Assembly: GCA_049296775.1 (NCBI GenBank)
Contig: JBAQTB010000001.1
Coordinates: 357,284-421,283, forward strand
Direction: 5' to 3'
DNA: 64,000 nt
Origin: Patescibacteria group bacterium
Lineage (GTDB): Bacteria > Patescibacteriota > Patescibacteriia > UBA9934
Shown in pieces: positions 1 through 8,308 of this stretch (within the stretch, counting starts at the first letter, position 1; each line of letters opens with the position of its first letter). Both the position numbers and the translations under genes were made by a program. The notes beneath the pieces were generated by a model. That model had not been told where the DNA came from. It saw only the letters and a program-made list of their open reading frames with translations, and did not search any database.

Positions 1-855
1 CCAAGGATCTTCAGTGAGTTTCTTCATGGACAAGAAGATCTTGCTACCTTCAATCCCGATGATCTCAGCTTTGACGTGATCGTCAACCTTGAGAAGATCG
101 CGGGGGTGGTCAATACGCTGCCAAGCAATTTCTGAGATGTGAACCAAGCCCTCAAGTGGCACGCTAGTACCAGTTGGGTAGAACTTCACGAAGGCTCCAA
201 AGTCAGCGACGGCGCTAACTTCACCAGCAATGATATCGCCAACCTTGCACTGAGCGATGACGTTCTTTTGTTCATCTTCCCAAATAGCTTTTTCAGACAC
301 GATGAGCTTGCCATCATCTTCCATGACGTCCAAAACCTTCACGCGGACATCTTGACCAACGAAGCTCTTCAACTTGTCTAGAATCTTTTGCTTGTCACCA
401 CCGGCTACACGTGGGTAGTGCTCAGGGGCAAGCTGTGATACTGGCAAGAAGCCTTGTACGTGGCCAACACGCACAATCAATCCACCCTTGTTAGCATCAA
501 GAATTTTGACAGAAATCGCCTCGCCGCTTGAAGACAGTTCAGAGAGATCCTTCCAAGCGCGCTTTTGACCAGCGTGACGGAAAGATAGCTCAACCTCACC
601 ATTTTCGTTTTCGGCATCAACTACAGTCGCCTCAACTTCCTCACCTTTTTCTAGGTTCTTATAAATGTCAGATTCGTTATATAGTTCACGACCACGGACG
701 ACACCGATCATTAAACCATTGATATCGATCTTGATCTGGCGGCCTTTGGTAGATAGGACCTTGCCTTTAATGAGGTCGCCAACCTTAGGGACGTTAGTAA
801 AGTTTTCATTATCTAAAAGGGTCTCAAGTTCGCTCTTTTTGACGTCTTCGGTCAT
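1..855 (-). CDS. rpsA: 30S ribosomal protein S1 (3' end truncated at window edge)
   Basis: Reverse-strand translation from ATG at 855..853 gives MTEDVKKSELETLLDNENF... followed by at least four S1 RNA-binding repeats (GDLIKGKV..., GEAISVKILD..., GDIIAGEVSAVADFGAFVKF...GLVHISEI). The ORF runs off the window start. Confidence 0.7.
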   Translation of the reverse strand, partial: MTEDVKKSELETLLDNENFTNVPKVGDLIKGKVLSTKGRQIKIDINGLMIGVVRGRELYNESDIYKNLEKGEEVEATVVDAENENGEVELSFRHAGQKRAWKDLSELSSSGEAISVKILDANKGGLIVRVGHVQGFLPVSQLAPEHYPRVAGGDKQKILDKLKSFVGQDVRVKVLDVMEDDGKLIVSEKAIWEDEQKNVIAQCKVGDIIAGEVSAVADFGAFVKFYPTGTSVPLEGLVHISEIAWQRIDHPRDLLKVDDHVKAEIIGIEGSKIFLSMKKLTEDPW

Positions 856-1001
856 ATAAATAGATTTCCAGGCCAAGTTTAGGCGATTTAAGCGCTAAAG
901 CTGTCCAGGGACTAAGATTAATGAGTGGCAGAAGTGTAGTGGATTAGTCGGTTGATGTCAATGTTGGGCAAAGAAGGGAAACCCTGGTTTTACGGGAGAT
1001 A

Positions 1002-1712
1002 TTGAAGACTGCTATACTGGGGTATATGTCTCACCCTTTTGAATACTTGTTGCAGGAGTTTAAGATATCCATTGATAAGCTAGTGCCTTTGACGCCGCCG
1101 GAGGTCATTGAGGAGGCTCAACAGCTATATACAGAGTTATCGCAAAGTGAAGCTGTGACAGAGAAACAGATTAAACAGGCTTTGGTGTTGGTGGGCAGGA
1201 AAGAGTATCCGTACAGGAAGGCGTATCTTGAATTGTGTGCGCAGGATGAGGAGCAGCGTTTGCAAGCTGAGGTGCTAGGTAAGCTTGAAGGGGAGATCGC
1301 GAGTAAAGTGAAGCACATGACGGATAGCGGCGTACACGTCATGGATTATGTGAATAGTAAGTTATTTGAGCGTGATTTGCAGCCTACCGAACGTTATCAG
1401 GTAGAACAGGCGATTTTGGCCGCACATGATGTTTTAAATAAGCAATGCGATGAACGGGCTAAGGAACGGCAACAAAATTTTGAAAGTTTAGTTACCAGAT
1501 GGCGGGCTGAAGAGGAGAGACTGCAACAGTTAATTGACCAGCTCAAAGGTTTGGCTGAGCGAGACTTGCAGTCTGCGGATGAGATTCGTGGCCGGGCTGA
1601 GCAATTTGAGGAAGGTTGGTCCATTGTAGAGCGTGATCCAGTAGAGGAAGAGATTCGCCAAGAGATCAGTCATTGGACAACTGTGCTTGAAGAAGCCGAC
1701 GAACAAGGGTAG
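1002..1712 (+). CDS. hypothetical coiled-coil protein
   Basis: 236-aa ORF, Glu/Gln/Arg-rich helical composition, no recognisable motif. Confidence 0.45.
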   Translation: MKTAILGYMSHPFEYLLQEFKISIDKLVPLTPPEVIEEAQQLYTELSQSEAVTEKQIKQALVLVGRKEYPYRKAYLELCAQDEEQRLQAEVLGKLEGEIASKVKHMTDSGVHVMDYVNSKLFERDLQPTERYQVEQAILAAHDVLNKQCDERAKERQQNFESLVTRWRAEEERLQQLIDQLKGLAERDLQSADEIRGRAEQFEEGWSIVERDPVEEEIRQEISHWTTVLEEADEQG

Positions 1713-1725
1713 ACTATTGCTGACT

Positions 1726-2361
1726 ATGCAAATTACTTGGAATGGTTTTGGGAGCTTTACATTGGTCTCTAAGCCCTCGCAAACAGAGGTGACTTTAGTG
1801 ACAAATCCATTTACACACGCTGATGTTAAGTTTAAAGCGGTAGAGGCTTCAATTGTAGTTCAGTCGCATCAATCCAAAGACACTAACAATTTAGGGGCGA
1901 TCTCTCCGGAGCATCCTGAGTCTGGTAAGAAAACGTTCTTGATTCCGCATGCCGGTGAGTATGAGGTACAAAATGTGTTCGTGACCGGTATTCACGCGCC
2001 TAAGAGAGACGGGTCCGCCCATACGCTGTATAAATTTGATACAGAAGGTATCAAGATCGGATTTTTGGGAGCCTTAGACAGAGAGCTGACCACGTCAGAG
2101 GTTGAGGCGCTGGGTCCGATTGATATTTTGATCGTGCCAGCTGGTGGTCAGGATGTCATGACAGCCTCGCAGGCCGCAGTGGCGGTGGCGCAGGTTGAGC
2201 CAAGAATGGTGATTGCGGCGTATGTAGGTGACGGCGATTACGGCGCGGTGGAGGCTTTACAGCGCGAGCTGGGTTGTCAGTCTGAAGACGTGGGTAAACT
2301 CAAGGTGACCAGAGCGAGTTTGCCAGAAGAGGATATGAAATTAGTCCTATTAGCTCATTAG
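1726..2361 (+). CDS. hypothetical protein, possibly a degenerate metallo-beta-lactamase-fold hydrolase
   Basis: ATG at 1726 (MQITWNGFGSF...). Layout resembles UPF0173/MBL-fold hydrolases but no clean HxHxDH motif is seen. Confidence 0.35.
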   Translation: MQITWNGFGSFTLVSKPSQTEVTLVTNPFTHADVKFKAVEASIVVQSHQSKDTNNLGAISPEHPESGKKTFLIPHAGEYEVQNVFVTGIHAPKRDGSAHTLYKFDTEGIKIGFLGALDRELTTSEVEALGPIDILIVPAGGQDVMTASQAAVAVAQVEPRMVIAAYVGDGDYGAVEALQRELGCQSEDVGKLKVTRASLPEEDMKLVLLAH

Positions 2362-2365
2362 GCTT

Positions 2366-2743
2366 ATGTCAGATGACCGCCTGATTTTAAAAAGACCGCC
2401 AGCTCATCATAAACATAAGTTATTGGTGGCAGTAGCGGTGTTGGGGTTGGGTGTGGTGGGTATTTGGGGTTTTCAGATGAAGACTACTTATTCACGTTTT
2501 ACTGATCTAAAGGCCGAGCAGCGCACAGCGGATGCTATGGAGACAGCCAGAGAGAATCTGGAGGGTAATGGAGATGCTGCTGGCGCTATCCAAGAAACCG
2601 TGGCTGAGTTAAGAGCGATGCTGGTGGCTGAGTCAGAAAAAGAGGCTGCCAAGCAGGAGGTTTTAGATGTTGTGTCTGAAAGTTTTAAGACAGAAATGTC
2701 AGGTGAAGTCGCAGGTGAAACTACTGAAGTTCCAGTAAATTAA
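2366..2743 (+). CDS. hypothetical membrane-anchored protein
   Basis: 125-aa ORF with one N-terminal hydrophobic helix (LLVAVAVLGLGVVGIWGF) and an acidic C-terminal region. Confidence 0.4.
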   Translation: MSDDRLILKRPPAHHKHKLLVAVAVLGLGVVGIWGFQMKTTYSRFTDLKAEQRTADAMETARENLEGNGDAAGAIQETVAELRAMLVAESEKEAAKQEVLDVVSESFKTEMSGEVAGETTEVPVN

Positions 2744-2746
2744 ATT

Positions 2747-5251
2747 ATGGCCAACAAATCCGACGATCAATTGTCAGCAGACTTGCTACCGATGGGAATA
2801 ATTAAAGAGCAAAGCATTACGGAAGAAATGCGCCGGGCGTATTTGGATTACGCCATGTCCGTGATTGTGTCTCGGGCTTTGCCGGACGTGAGAGACGGCA
2901 TGAAACCGGTGCACCGCCGTATTTTGTACGCCATGTGGACGATTGGTTTGCGGGCGAATGCACGTTTCCGTAAGTCAGCTAACGTAGTTGGAGAAGTAAT
3001 GGCTAAGTATCACCCTCACGGTGACAGTGCTATTTACGAATCCATGGTGCGCATGGCTCAGGATTTTTCTTATCGCTACCCATTGGTCAATGGTCAGGGT
3101 AACTTCGGTTCCATGGACGGAGACGCAGCGGCGGCTATGCGTTACACCGAAGCTAAATTGTCAGGTATCGCAGAAGAATTGTTGGTAGATATTGAACGTG
3201 AGACGGTTAATTTTACCAAAAACTACGACGGTCAGCATGATGAGCCAGTAGTTTTGCCGGCTAAGTTGCCAAACCTGCTAGTCAACGGCATGTTGGGTAT
3301 CGCGGTGGGTATGGCGACTAACATTCCTCCACATAACGTGAAGGAGGTGTGTAACGGTATGTTGGCCCTCATTGATAACGCGGACGTTTCCATTGAAGAT
3401 TTGATGCAGCATATTCCGGGGCCTGACTTTCCAACCGGTGGAATTGTGTACGGCGCGAATGACATGAAGATTGCGTATAGTACGGGCAGAGGCGGGGTGG
3501 TGTGTCGGGCGCAGGCGGATATTGTGGAAGGGAAGAAAGATAATCACCAGATTGTGATTACGGAGATCCCGTACATGGTCAACAAAGCATCTTTGCTAGA
3601 AAAGATCGCAGATTTAGTGCGGGAAAAGCGCTTGGACGGCATCAGGGATTTGCGTGATGAATCCAACAAAGAGGGCGTGAGAATTGTGGTTGAACTCAAA
3701 AAGGATTCATACCCACGCAAGGTGCTCAACATGCTGTATCAGTTGACGCCATTACAGACATCTTTCCATTACAACGTGTTGGCGCTCGTGGATGGCATTC
3801 AGCCAAGAATTTTGAACCTGAAGCAGATGCTTGAGGAACATTTGAAACATCGCAAAGAGGTGATTCGTCGGCGCACACAGTACGATTTGGATCGTATCAA
3901 GGACAGATTGCACATTCTTGAGGGGCTCAGAATTGCTCTGAAGAAGATCGATGAAGTCATTGCGACCATCAAGAAATCGGCCGATAAAGATGAGGCTAGA
4001 GGCAACTTGATGCAGAAGTTTAAAATGACCGAACGTCAGGCGATCGCTATTCTTGAGATGCGTTTGCAGGCTTTGGCGAACTTGGAGGTTCTCAAGATTG
4101 AACAGGAATACAATGAGAAGAAGGCGATCATGGAAGAGCTGGAAGCCATTCTTAAGTCCGAGAAAAAGATGTTGGCAGTGATTAGAGGCGAGTTTGTGGC
4201 TTTGATTGAGAAATACGGTGATGATCGCCGGACTAAGATTGTGAAGTCTGGTGTGAAGGAGTTCTCCATGGAGGATTTGATTCCGGATGCGCAGGCCGTG
4301 GTCATGATGACTAAGGACGGTTACATTAAGCGCTTAGCCTCTGATGCGTTTGCTGCACAGCATCGTGGTGGCAAGGGTGTCATGGGTTTGACCACTAAAG
4401 AAGAAGATTCAGTCGAGGCGGTCTTTTCTACCACCACTCACCAGGACATGATGTTCTTTACTTCTCGTGGCCGCGTGTTCCGCTTGAAGGCGTATGAGAT
4501 TCCAGAAGCCTCACGGACTGCCAAAGGTCAGGCAATTGTGAATTTCTTGGAGCTAGGCCCGGGGGAGAAGGTGACGACCGTACTTTGCAGTGATCAGAAG
4601 AAGGACAAGGCGAAGTTTATTATGATGGTGACCGGTCGCGGCACCATCAAGAAGACTTCCATGGATGATTTTGAGAACGTCCGCCGTTCTGGTTTGATTG
4701 CGATTAAGTTGAATGATGGCGATAGTCTGGAATGGGTCAAAACTACGACTGGTAAAGATGACGTCATGTTGGTGTCTGCCAACGCGCAGTCCATTCGCTT
4801 TAGCGAGGCGGATGTTAGGGCTATGGGCCGCGTAGCAGCTGGCGTAAGGGGTATGAAGTTGAAGGGAGAGGACCGGATTGTAGGCATGGATATTTTGACC
4901 CAGGAGGAAGTGCAGGCGGGTAACCAGCTCATGATTATCATGGAAAACGGTTATGGTAAGCGCACTGACGTGAATGAATACGGCCTGCAGGGAAGAGGGG
5001 GTAGCGGCATTAAGACCGCCCAGATTACTAATAAGACGGGTAAGCTGGTGGCCGGTAGAGTGGTGAAAAAGCAAGATAATCGTGATTTATTGGCGGTGTC
5101 TGTGGCTGGTCAGGTCATTCGTACCCCAGTTACGACCGTGTCTGAATTAGGTCGGGCGACCCAGGGCGTTAAGGTCATGCGCTTCAAAACCGCGGATGAC
5201 AAGGTTGCCACAGCTACTATCGTCAATCGCGAGCCAGAAGTGACGGAGTAG
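2747..5251 (+). CDS. gyrA: DNA gyrase subunit A
   Basis: 834 aa. N-terminal [39 protein letters not shown] with active-site Tyr context, and a C-terminal beta-pinwheel repeat region. Confidence 0.95.
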   Translation: MANKSDDQLSADLLPMGIIKEQSITEEMRRAYLDYAMSVIVSRALPDVRDGMKPVHRRILYAMWTIGLRANARFRKSANVVGEVMAKYHPHGDSAIYESMVRMAQDFSYRYPLVNGQGNFGSMDGDAAAAMRYTEAKLSGIAEELLVDIERETVNFTKNYDGQHDEPVVLPAKLPNLLVNGMLGIAVGMATNIPPHNVKEVCNGMLALIDNADVSIEDLMQHIPGPDFPTGGIVYGANDMKIAYSTGRGGVVCRAQADIVEGKKDNHQIVITEIPYMVNKASLLEKIADLVREKRLDGIRDLRDESNKEGVRIVVELKKDSYPRKVLNMLYQLTPLQTSFHYNVLALVDGIQPRILNLKQMLEEHLKHRKEVIRRRTQYDLDRIKDRLHILEGLRIALKKIDEVIATIKKSADKDEARGNLMQKFKMTERQAIAILEMRLQALANLEVLKIEQEYNEKKAIMEELEAILKSEKKMLAVIRGEFVALIEKYGDDRRTKIVKSGVKEFSMEDLIPDAQAVVMMTKDGYIKRLASDAFAAQHRGGKGVMGLTTKEEDSVEAVFSTTTHQDMMFFTSRGRVFRLKAYEIPEASRTAKGQAIVNFLELGPGEKVTTVLCSDQKKDKAKFIMMVTGRGTIKKTSMDDFENVRRSGLIAIKLNDGDSLEWVKTTTGKDDVMLVSANAQSIRFSEADVRAMGRVAAGVRGMKLKGEDRIVGMDILTQEEVQAGNQLMIIMENGYGKRTDVNEYGLQGRGGSGIKTAQITNKTGKLVAGRVVKKQDNRDLLAVSVAGQVIRTPVTTVSELGRATQGVKVMRFKTADDKVATATIVNREPEVTE

Positions 5252-5422
5252 GCGTTTAGGTGGGTCTAGGGCAGGAACGTGGGGTTTGGGGCTAAACTTG
5301 ACGGATTTCGTCAATTTGATAGACTACTGGGCGTTAATCGAAGTATTCTAGTCAACTAGAAAATCAGTCTTTTGTGGCTTGTGCTGCTGAAGCTATAGAA
5401 TACTCGAATACTTGAATGCTTT

Positions 5423-5689
5423 ATGCCATTGCCATCATTTCGTAGCTCACGCTCTAAAGTTCGTCGCCGCCGCTCGCATCATGCCTTAAAGCAGATTGCG
5501 GTGATGTTGTGCGTGAAGTGTTCTGCTCCGGTGTTGCAGCATCGCGCTTGTAAGGCTTGTGGCGCTTACGGTGACCGTTCCGTTAAAGCGACTGGCATGC
5601 AGGAAGTTGCTAAAACTTTGGACAAGAAAGTTAAGAAGGCCAAGAAAGCTACGGTTGTAGCAGAGGCCGAGACGGAAACTAAGAGCTAA
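5423..5689 (+). CDS. rpmF: 50S ribosomal protein L32
   Basis: SRSKVRRRRSHHALK... N-terminal signature of L32 with a Cys cluster (CVKC...CKAC) and a Lys-rich tail. Confidence 0.75.
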   Translation: MPLPSFRSSRSKVRRRRSHHALKQIAVMLCVKCSAPVLQHRACKACGAYGDRSVKATGMQEVAKTLDKKVKKAKKATVVAEAETETKS

Positions 5690-5749
5690 ACACAAACGGT
5701 CCCAGTGGGGACCTTTTGTTTTTCGCTAGGTTTGCTACTATTGTCATGT

Positions 5750-6241
5750 ATGTCTAATCGTCACTTAGCACGCACCATGGCCATGCAGGCCTTATATGAG
5801 TGGGACTTTAGAGATCGAGAAGGTAAGGGGAAGGATATTGAGGAGATTGTGAAGTTTGTCAGGGGGGAGTTTGCGCCTGATTTTGATGACGGTGGTTATG
5901 TGGAGGCGCAGGTGCTGGGCGTGACGAATAAGCTGGCTGAATTAGATGAGCTATTGAATCGCTTTGCGCCAAACTGGAGTGTTGACACCATGACCTTGAT
6001 TGATAGAAACGTGTTGAGGTTAGGAGTTTACGAGCTGAAATTTGATGAAGCTATTCCGTCGATTGTGGCGATTAACGAAGCGATTGAGTTAGGTAAGACT
6101 TTTGGGGGAGATGCCTCGGGTAAGTTTGTTAACGGAGTTTTGGGTGCAATTTACAAAGATAGCCTTGAGGCTGGGTTTAAGAAGCAGATTGATATCGACA
6201 TGGAGAAAAAGAAGCAGGAAAAACAGGCGGCCAAAGCCTAG
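5750..6241 (+). CDS. nusB: transcription antitermination factor NusB
   Basis: ATG at 5750 (MSNRHLARTMAMQALYEWDF...). Conserved NusB motifs RxxAxQALYE and PSIVAINEAIELGK. Confidence 0.75.
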   Translation: MSNRHLARTMAMQALYEWDFRDREGKGKDIEEIVKFVRGEFAPDFDDGGYVEAQVLGVTNKLAELDELLNRFAPNWSVDTMTLIDRNVLRLGVYELKFDEAIPSIVAINEAIELGKTFGGDASGKFVNGVLGAIYKDSLEAGFKKQIDIDMEKKKQEKQAAKA

Positions 6242-6264
6242 AAAGTTTTTAGATCAGTGTCATT

Positions 6265-6957
6265 ATGCAGAAGAATATTCCAGAGTTAGCTAAGTTGATC
6301 AAAGTTCCGTACAAAGCTGGTGGACATTTAGAGCAGGCGGTGGTGCATCGTTCCTATTTGAATGAGCATCCAGATTTTCCGTTGGCGCATAATGAACGTT
6401 TGGAGTTTTTGGGTGATGCGGTTCTTGAGTTGGTGGTGACTGAGTATTTGTATAACAATTTTCCTAATCCAGAAGGTGAATTAACTACTTGGCGTTCGGC
6501 TTTGGTGAACGGGGACAGTTTGTCTGATTTGGCACATGGCCTGGGAGTTGAACCATATTTGTATTTATCTAGAGGTGAAGAAAAAGATGTCAATTCAAAG
6601 GCTAGACGGTATATTTTAGCCAATGCCATGGAGGCGATCATTGGCGCGATTTACTTGGACTTTGGTTGGGATGAAGCTAAGGTGTTTATTACGGATAAAG
6701 TTTTGTCACAGCTGAAGGGTATTCTTGAGTCACGTTCATACGCTGACCCTAAGAGTTTATTTCAAGAAGCTGCTCAGTCAAAAATGGCCACCACTCCAAG
6801 TTATAAAGTCTTAGATGAGAATGGACCGGATCATAATAAGATCTTCAAGATCGGTGTGTATCTAGGCAAGGAGCTAGTGGCGGAGGGGGAGGGATCTAGT
6901 AAGCAAGAGGCGCAGGTGGATGCGGCTAAAAATGCCCTAGAGGTTAAAGGTTGGTAG
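6265..6957 (+). CDS. rnc: ribonuclease III
   Basis: RNase III signature ERLEFLGDAVLELVV, a second catalytic region AMEAIIGAIYLD, and a C-terminal dsRBD. Stop is TAG at 6955..6957. Confidence 0.9.
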   Translation: MQKNIPELAKLIKVPYKAGGHLEQAVVHRSYLNEHPDFPLAHNERLEFLGDAVLELVVTEYLYNNFPNPEGELTTWRSALVNGDSLSDLAHGLGVEPYLYLSRGEEKDVNSKARRYILANAMEAIIGAIYLDFGWDEAKVFITDKVLSQLKGILESRSYADPKSLFQEAAQSKMATTPSYKVLDENGPDHNKIFKIGVYLGKELVAEGEGSSKQEAQVDAAKNALEVKGW

Positions 6958-6960
6958 CAT

Positions 6961-7539
6961 ATTTTTCTTAAAAGCTTAGTTAATCTAAAAGACCTACCTA
7001 CGGATGGTAAACCGCAGGTAGCTTTGGTGGGTCGATCTAACGTGGGTAAATCTTCTTTGATTAATCACTTGGCTGGTCAAAAGGCCTTAGCAAGAGTTAG
7101 TCAAAGTGCCGGTAGAACCAAGACTATCAATCTGTATCAGTTGGAGCGTTATTATTACGTGGTGGATATGCCGGGGTATGGTTTTGCCCATGCGTCCAAG
7201 GAGCAACAATCTGAATTTGGTAATTTAATTGCGGATTACTTAGAGTCAGACGCGAACATTGCGCTCGTGCTGTTAGTGGTGGATGCATTTGTTGGTCCGA
7301 CTGATTTGGATCAGGCGATGCTTGATTTATTGCGTGAGGCCAAGCGACCTTTCATAATGATCGTGAATAAGGTCGATAAACTTTCGCAGTCAGAGCTCGT
7401 TAAGCTAGAACGCACGCTGGCGGCAGATTACGAGCATATCCCGCATATTTTTCATTCCATGCATTCTGGAAAAGATCGGGACCATGCGCTTGGAGCCATT
7501 CATGAAGCTTTGATCGCGGCTAAACCTTCAGAAACATAA
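6961..7539 (+). CDS. engB: ribosome biogenesis GTPase EngB/YsxC (YihA); start codon uncertain
   Basis: G1 motif [12 protein letters not shown], plus DMPGYGFA and NKVDK. Conserved EngB N-terminal residues ([21 protein letters not shown]) lie upstream of the first ATG/TTG/GTG at 7024 and begin immediately after the rnc TAG. The only in-frame candidate start there is ATT at 6961. Confidence 0.8.
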   Translation: [192 protein letters not shown]

Positions 7540-7567
7540 AATAGAAACCGTGAAGATTTCTATTTTA
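7538..7567. terminator. bidirectional rho-independent terminator between engB and tRNA-Arg
   Basis: Hairpin atagaaa-ccgtgaaga-tttctat flanked by an A-run and a T-run. Confidence 0.6.
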
Positions 7568-7644
7568 TGGTGCGAGCTGAGGGACTTGAACCCCCGACCC
7601 CTTGGTTCGAAGCCAAGTGCTCTATCCAGCTGAGCTAAGCCCGC
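7568..7644 (-). tRNA. tRNA-Arg (anticodon TCG)
   Basis: Reverse strand folds as a cloverleaf: acceptor GCGGGCT/AGCTCGC, D-arm GCTC-AGCTGGATA-GAGC, anticodon loop CTTCGAA, T-loop TTCAAGT, encoded CCA. Confidence 0.85.
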
Positions 7645-7721
7645 AGAAAACCTATCCAAGTTCGCCGGCTACAGGTGTATCCGACGCACGTAATAGGTTT
7701 TTTACTCATTAAATTATGCTT

Positions 7722-7765
7722 AGTCTACGCTAAATCTTGACCCAAGTCAAAGATTGAGGCATACT
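7722..7765. promoter_or_regulatory. back-to-back divergent sigma70-like promoters sharing a palindromic -35 region (TTGACccaaGTCAA)
   Basis: Plus strand: TTGACC (7737..7742), 17-nt spacer, CATACT (7760..7765), reading toward the candidate ncRNA and tRNA-Lys. Minus strand: TTGACT (7750..7745), 17-nt spacer, TAGACT (7727..7722), reading toward tRNA-Arg. Confidence 0.45.
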
Positions 7766-7789
7766 GTTGGCGTTGGCGTTTGGTGGCGA

Positions 7790-7906
7790 GGGGCAGTAAA
7801 ATGCTTCAGCTGCGAGGCGCGGGGGATTGAGACTGAGGCGTATGTGGCTATACGGTGAAGTCGAGATGGGGCCCCGCAACAAGGCAGATGGACATTTTAC
7901 TGCCCC
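7790..7906 (+). ncRNA. candidate ~117-nt structured small RNA; identity unresolved (SRP/4.5S-like RNA is one possibility)
   Basis: Perfect 14-bp terminal helix GGGGCAGTAAAATG (7790..7803) / CATTTTACTGCCCC (7893..7906) enclosing ~90 nt with internal hairpins (CGUAU-GUGGCU-AUACG; GCGGGG...CCCCGC). Lies 15-25 nt downstream of a promoter and 8 nt upstream of tRNA-Lys. No protein-coding signal. Shares the decamer AAGGCAGATG with E. coli 4.5S RNA, but the helix-8 GGAA/AGCAGCC motif was not found. Strand not proven. Confidence 0.3.
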
Positions 7907-7914
7907 GAGATTAC

Positions 7915-7989
7915 GCATCGGTAGCTCAGCGGTAGAGCAGTTGACTCTTAATCAATTGGTCGTGGGTTCGAATCCCGCCCGGTGCACCA
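7915..7989 (+). tRNA. tRNA-Lys (anticodon CTT)
   Basis: Cloverleaf: acceptor GCATCGG/CCGGTGC, D-arm GCTC-AGCGGTA-GAGC, anticodon loop CTCTTAA, T-arm GTGGG-TTCGAAT-CCCGC, encoded CCA. Confidence 0.85.
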
Positions 7990-7990
7990 A

Positions 7991-8021
7991 AATCACCTAT
8001 CCTATGGATGGGTGATTTTTG
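7991..8021 (+). terminator. rho-independent terminator after tRNA-Lys
   Basis: Hairpin aatcacctat...atgggtgat followed by TTTTT. Confidence 0.6.
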
Positions 8022-8041
8022 TTTGCTATACTGTAGTTAAT

Positions 8042-8248
8042 ATGTCACCACTTCTATTGATTGGGATTGTGCTCATGGCGGTACCGCTGTTACTGATGAT
8101 TGGGTTTGCGGCCTATATTTTCTGGGGTTTCATGAATGATGACCCAGATGCTAGAGCGGTGCTGAATGTGGGTTTTGCCATTATGGGCGTAGGTTTATTG
8201 TTGATTCTTGGTCACGTGGCCGGTACGGTGATTCAAATTACGCCGTAG
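8042..8248 (+). CDS. hypothetical small membrane protein (two predicted TM helices)
   Basis: ATG at 8042 (MSPLLLIGIVLMAVPLLLMIGFAAYIFWGF...). Very hydrophobic. The upstream part of the annotated ORF overlaps tRNA-Lys and its terminator, so the shorter start is preferred. Confidence 0.4.
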   Translation: MSPLLLIGIVLMAVPLLLMIGFAAYIFWGFMNDDPDARAVLNVGFAIMGVGLLLILGHVAGTVIQITP

Positions 8249-8308
8249 TCAGCGGAGTTAGTAGCAGTTTTTTGTAATATTCTTAAGTTTAGATTACTAT
8301 CTTGGCGT

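Noticed and set aside
7730-8015. Two 62-aa ORFs (7730..7918 on -, 7827..8015 on +)
   Set aside because: They are mutually antisense, overlap tRNA-Lys and the inverted-repeat helix, and have no coding character. The region is better explained as promoter plus structured RNA.
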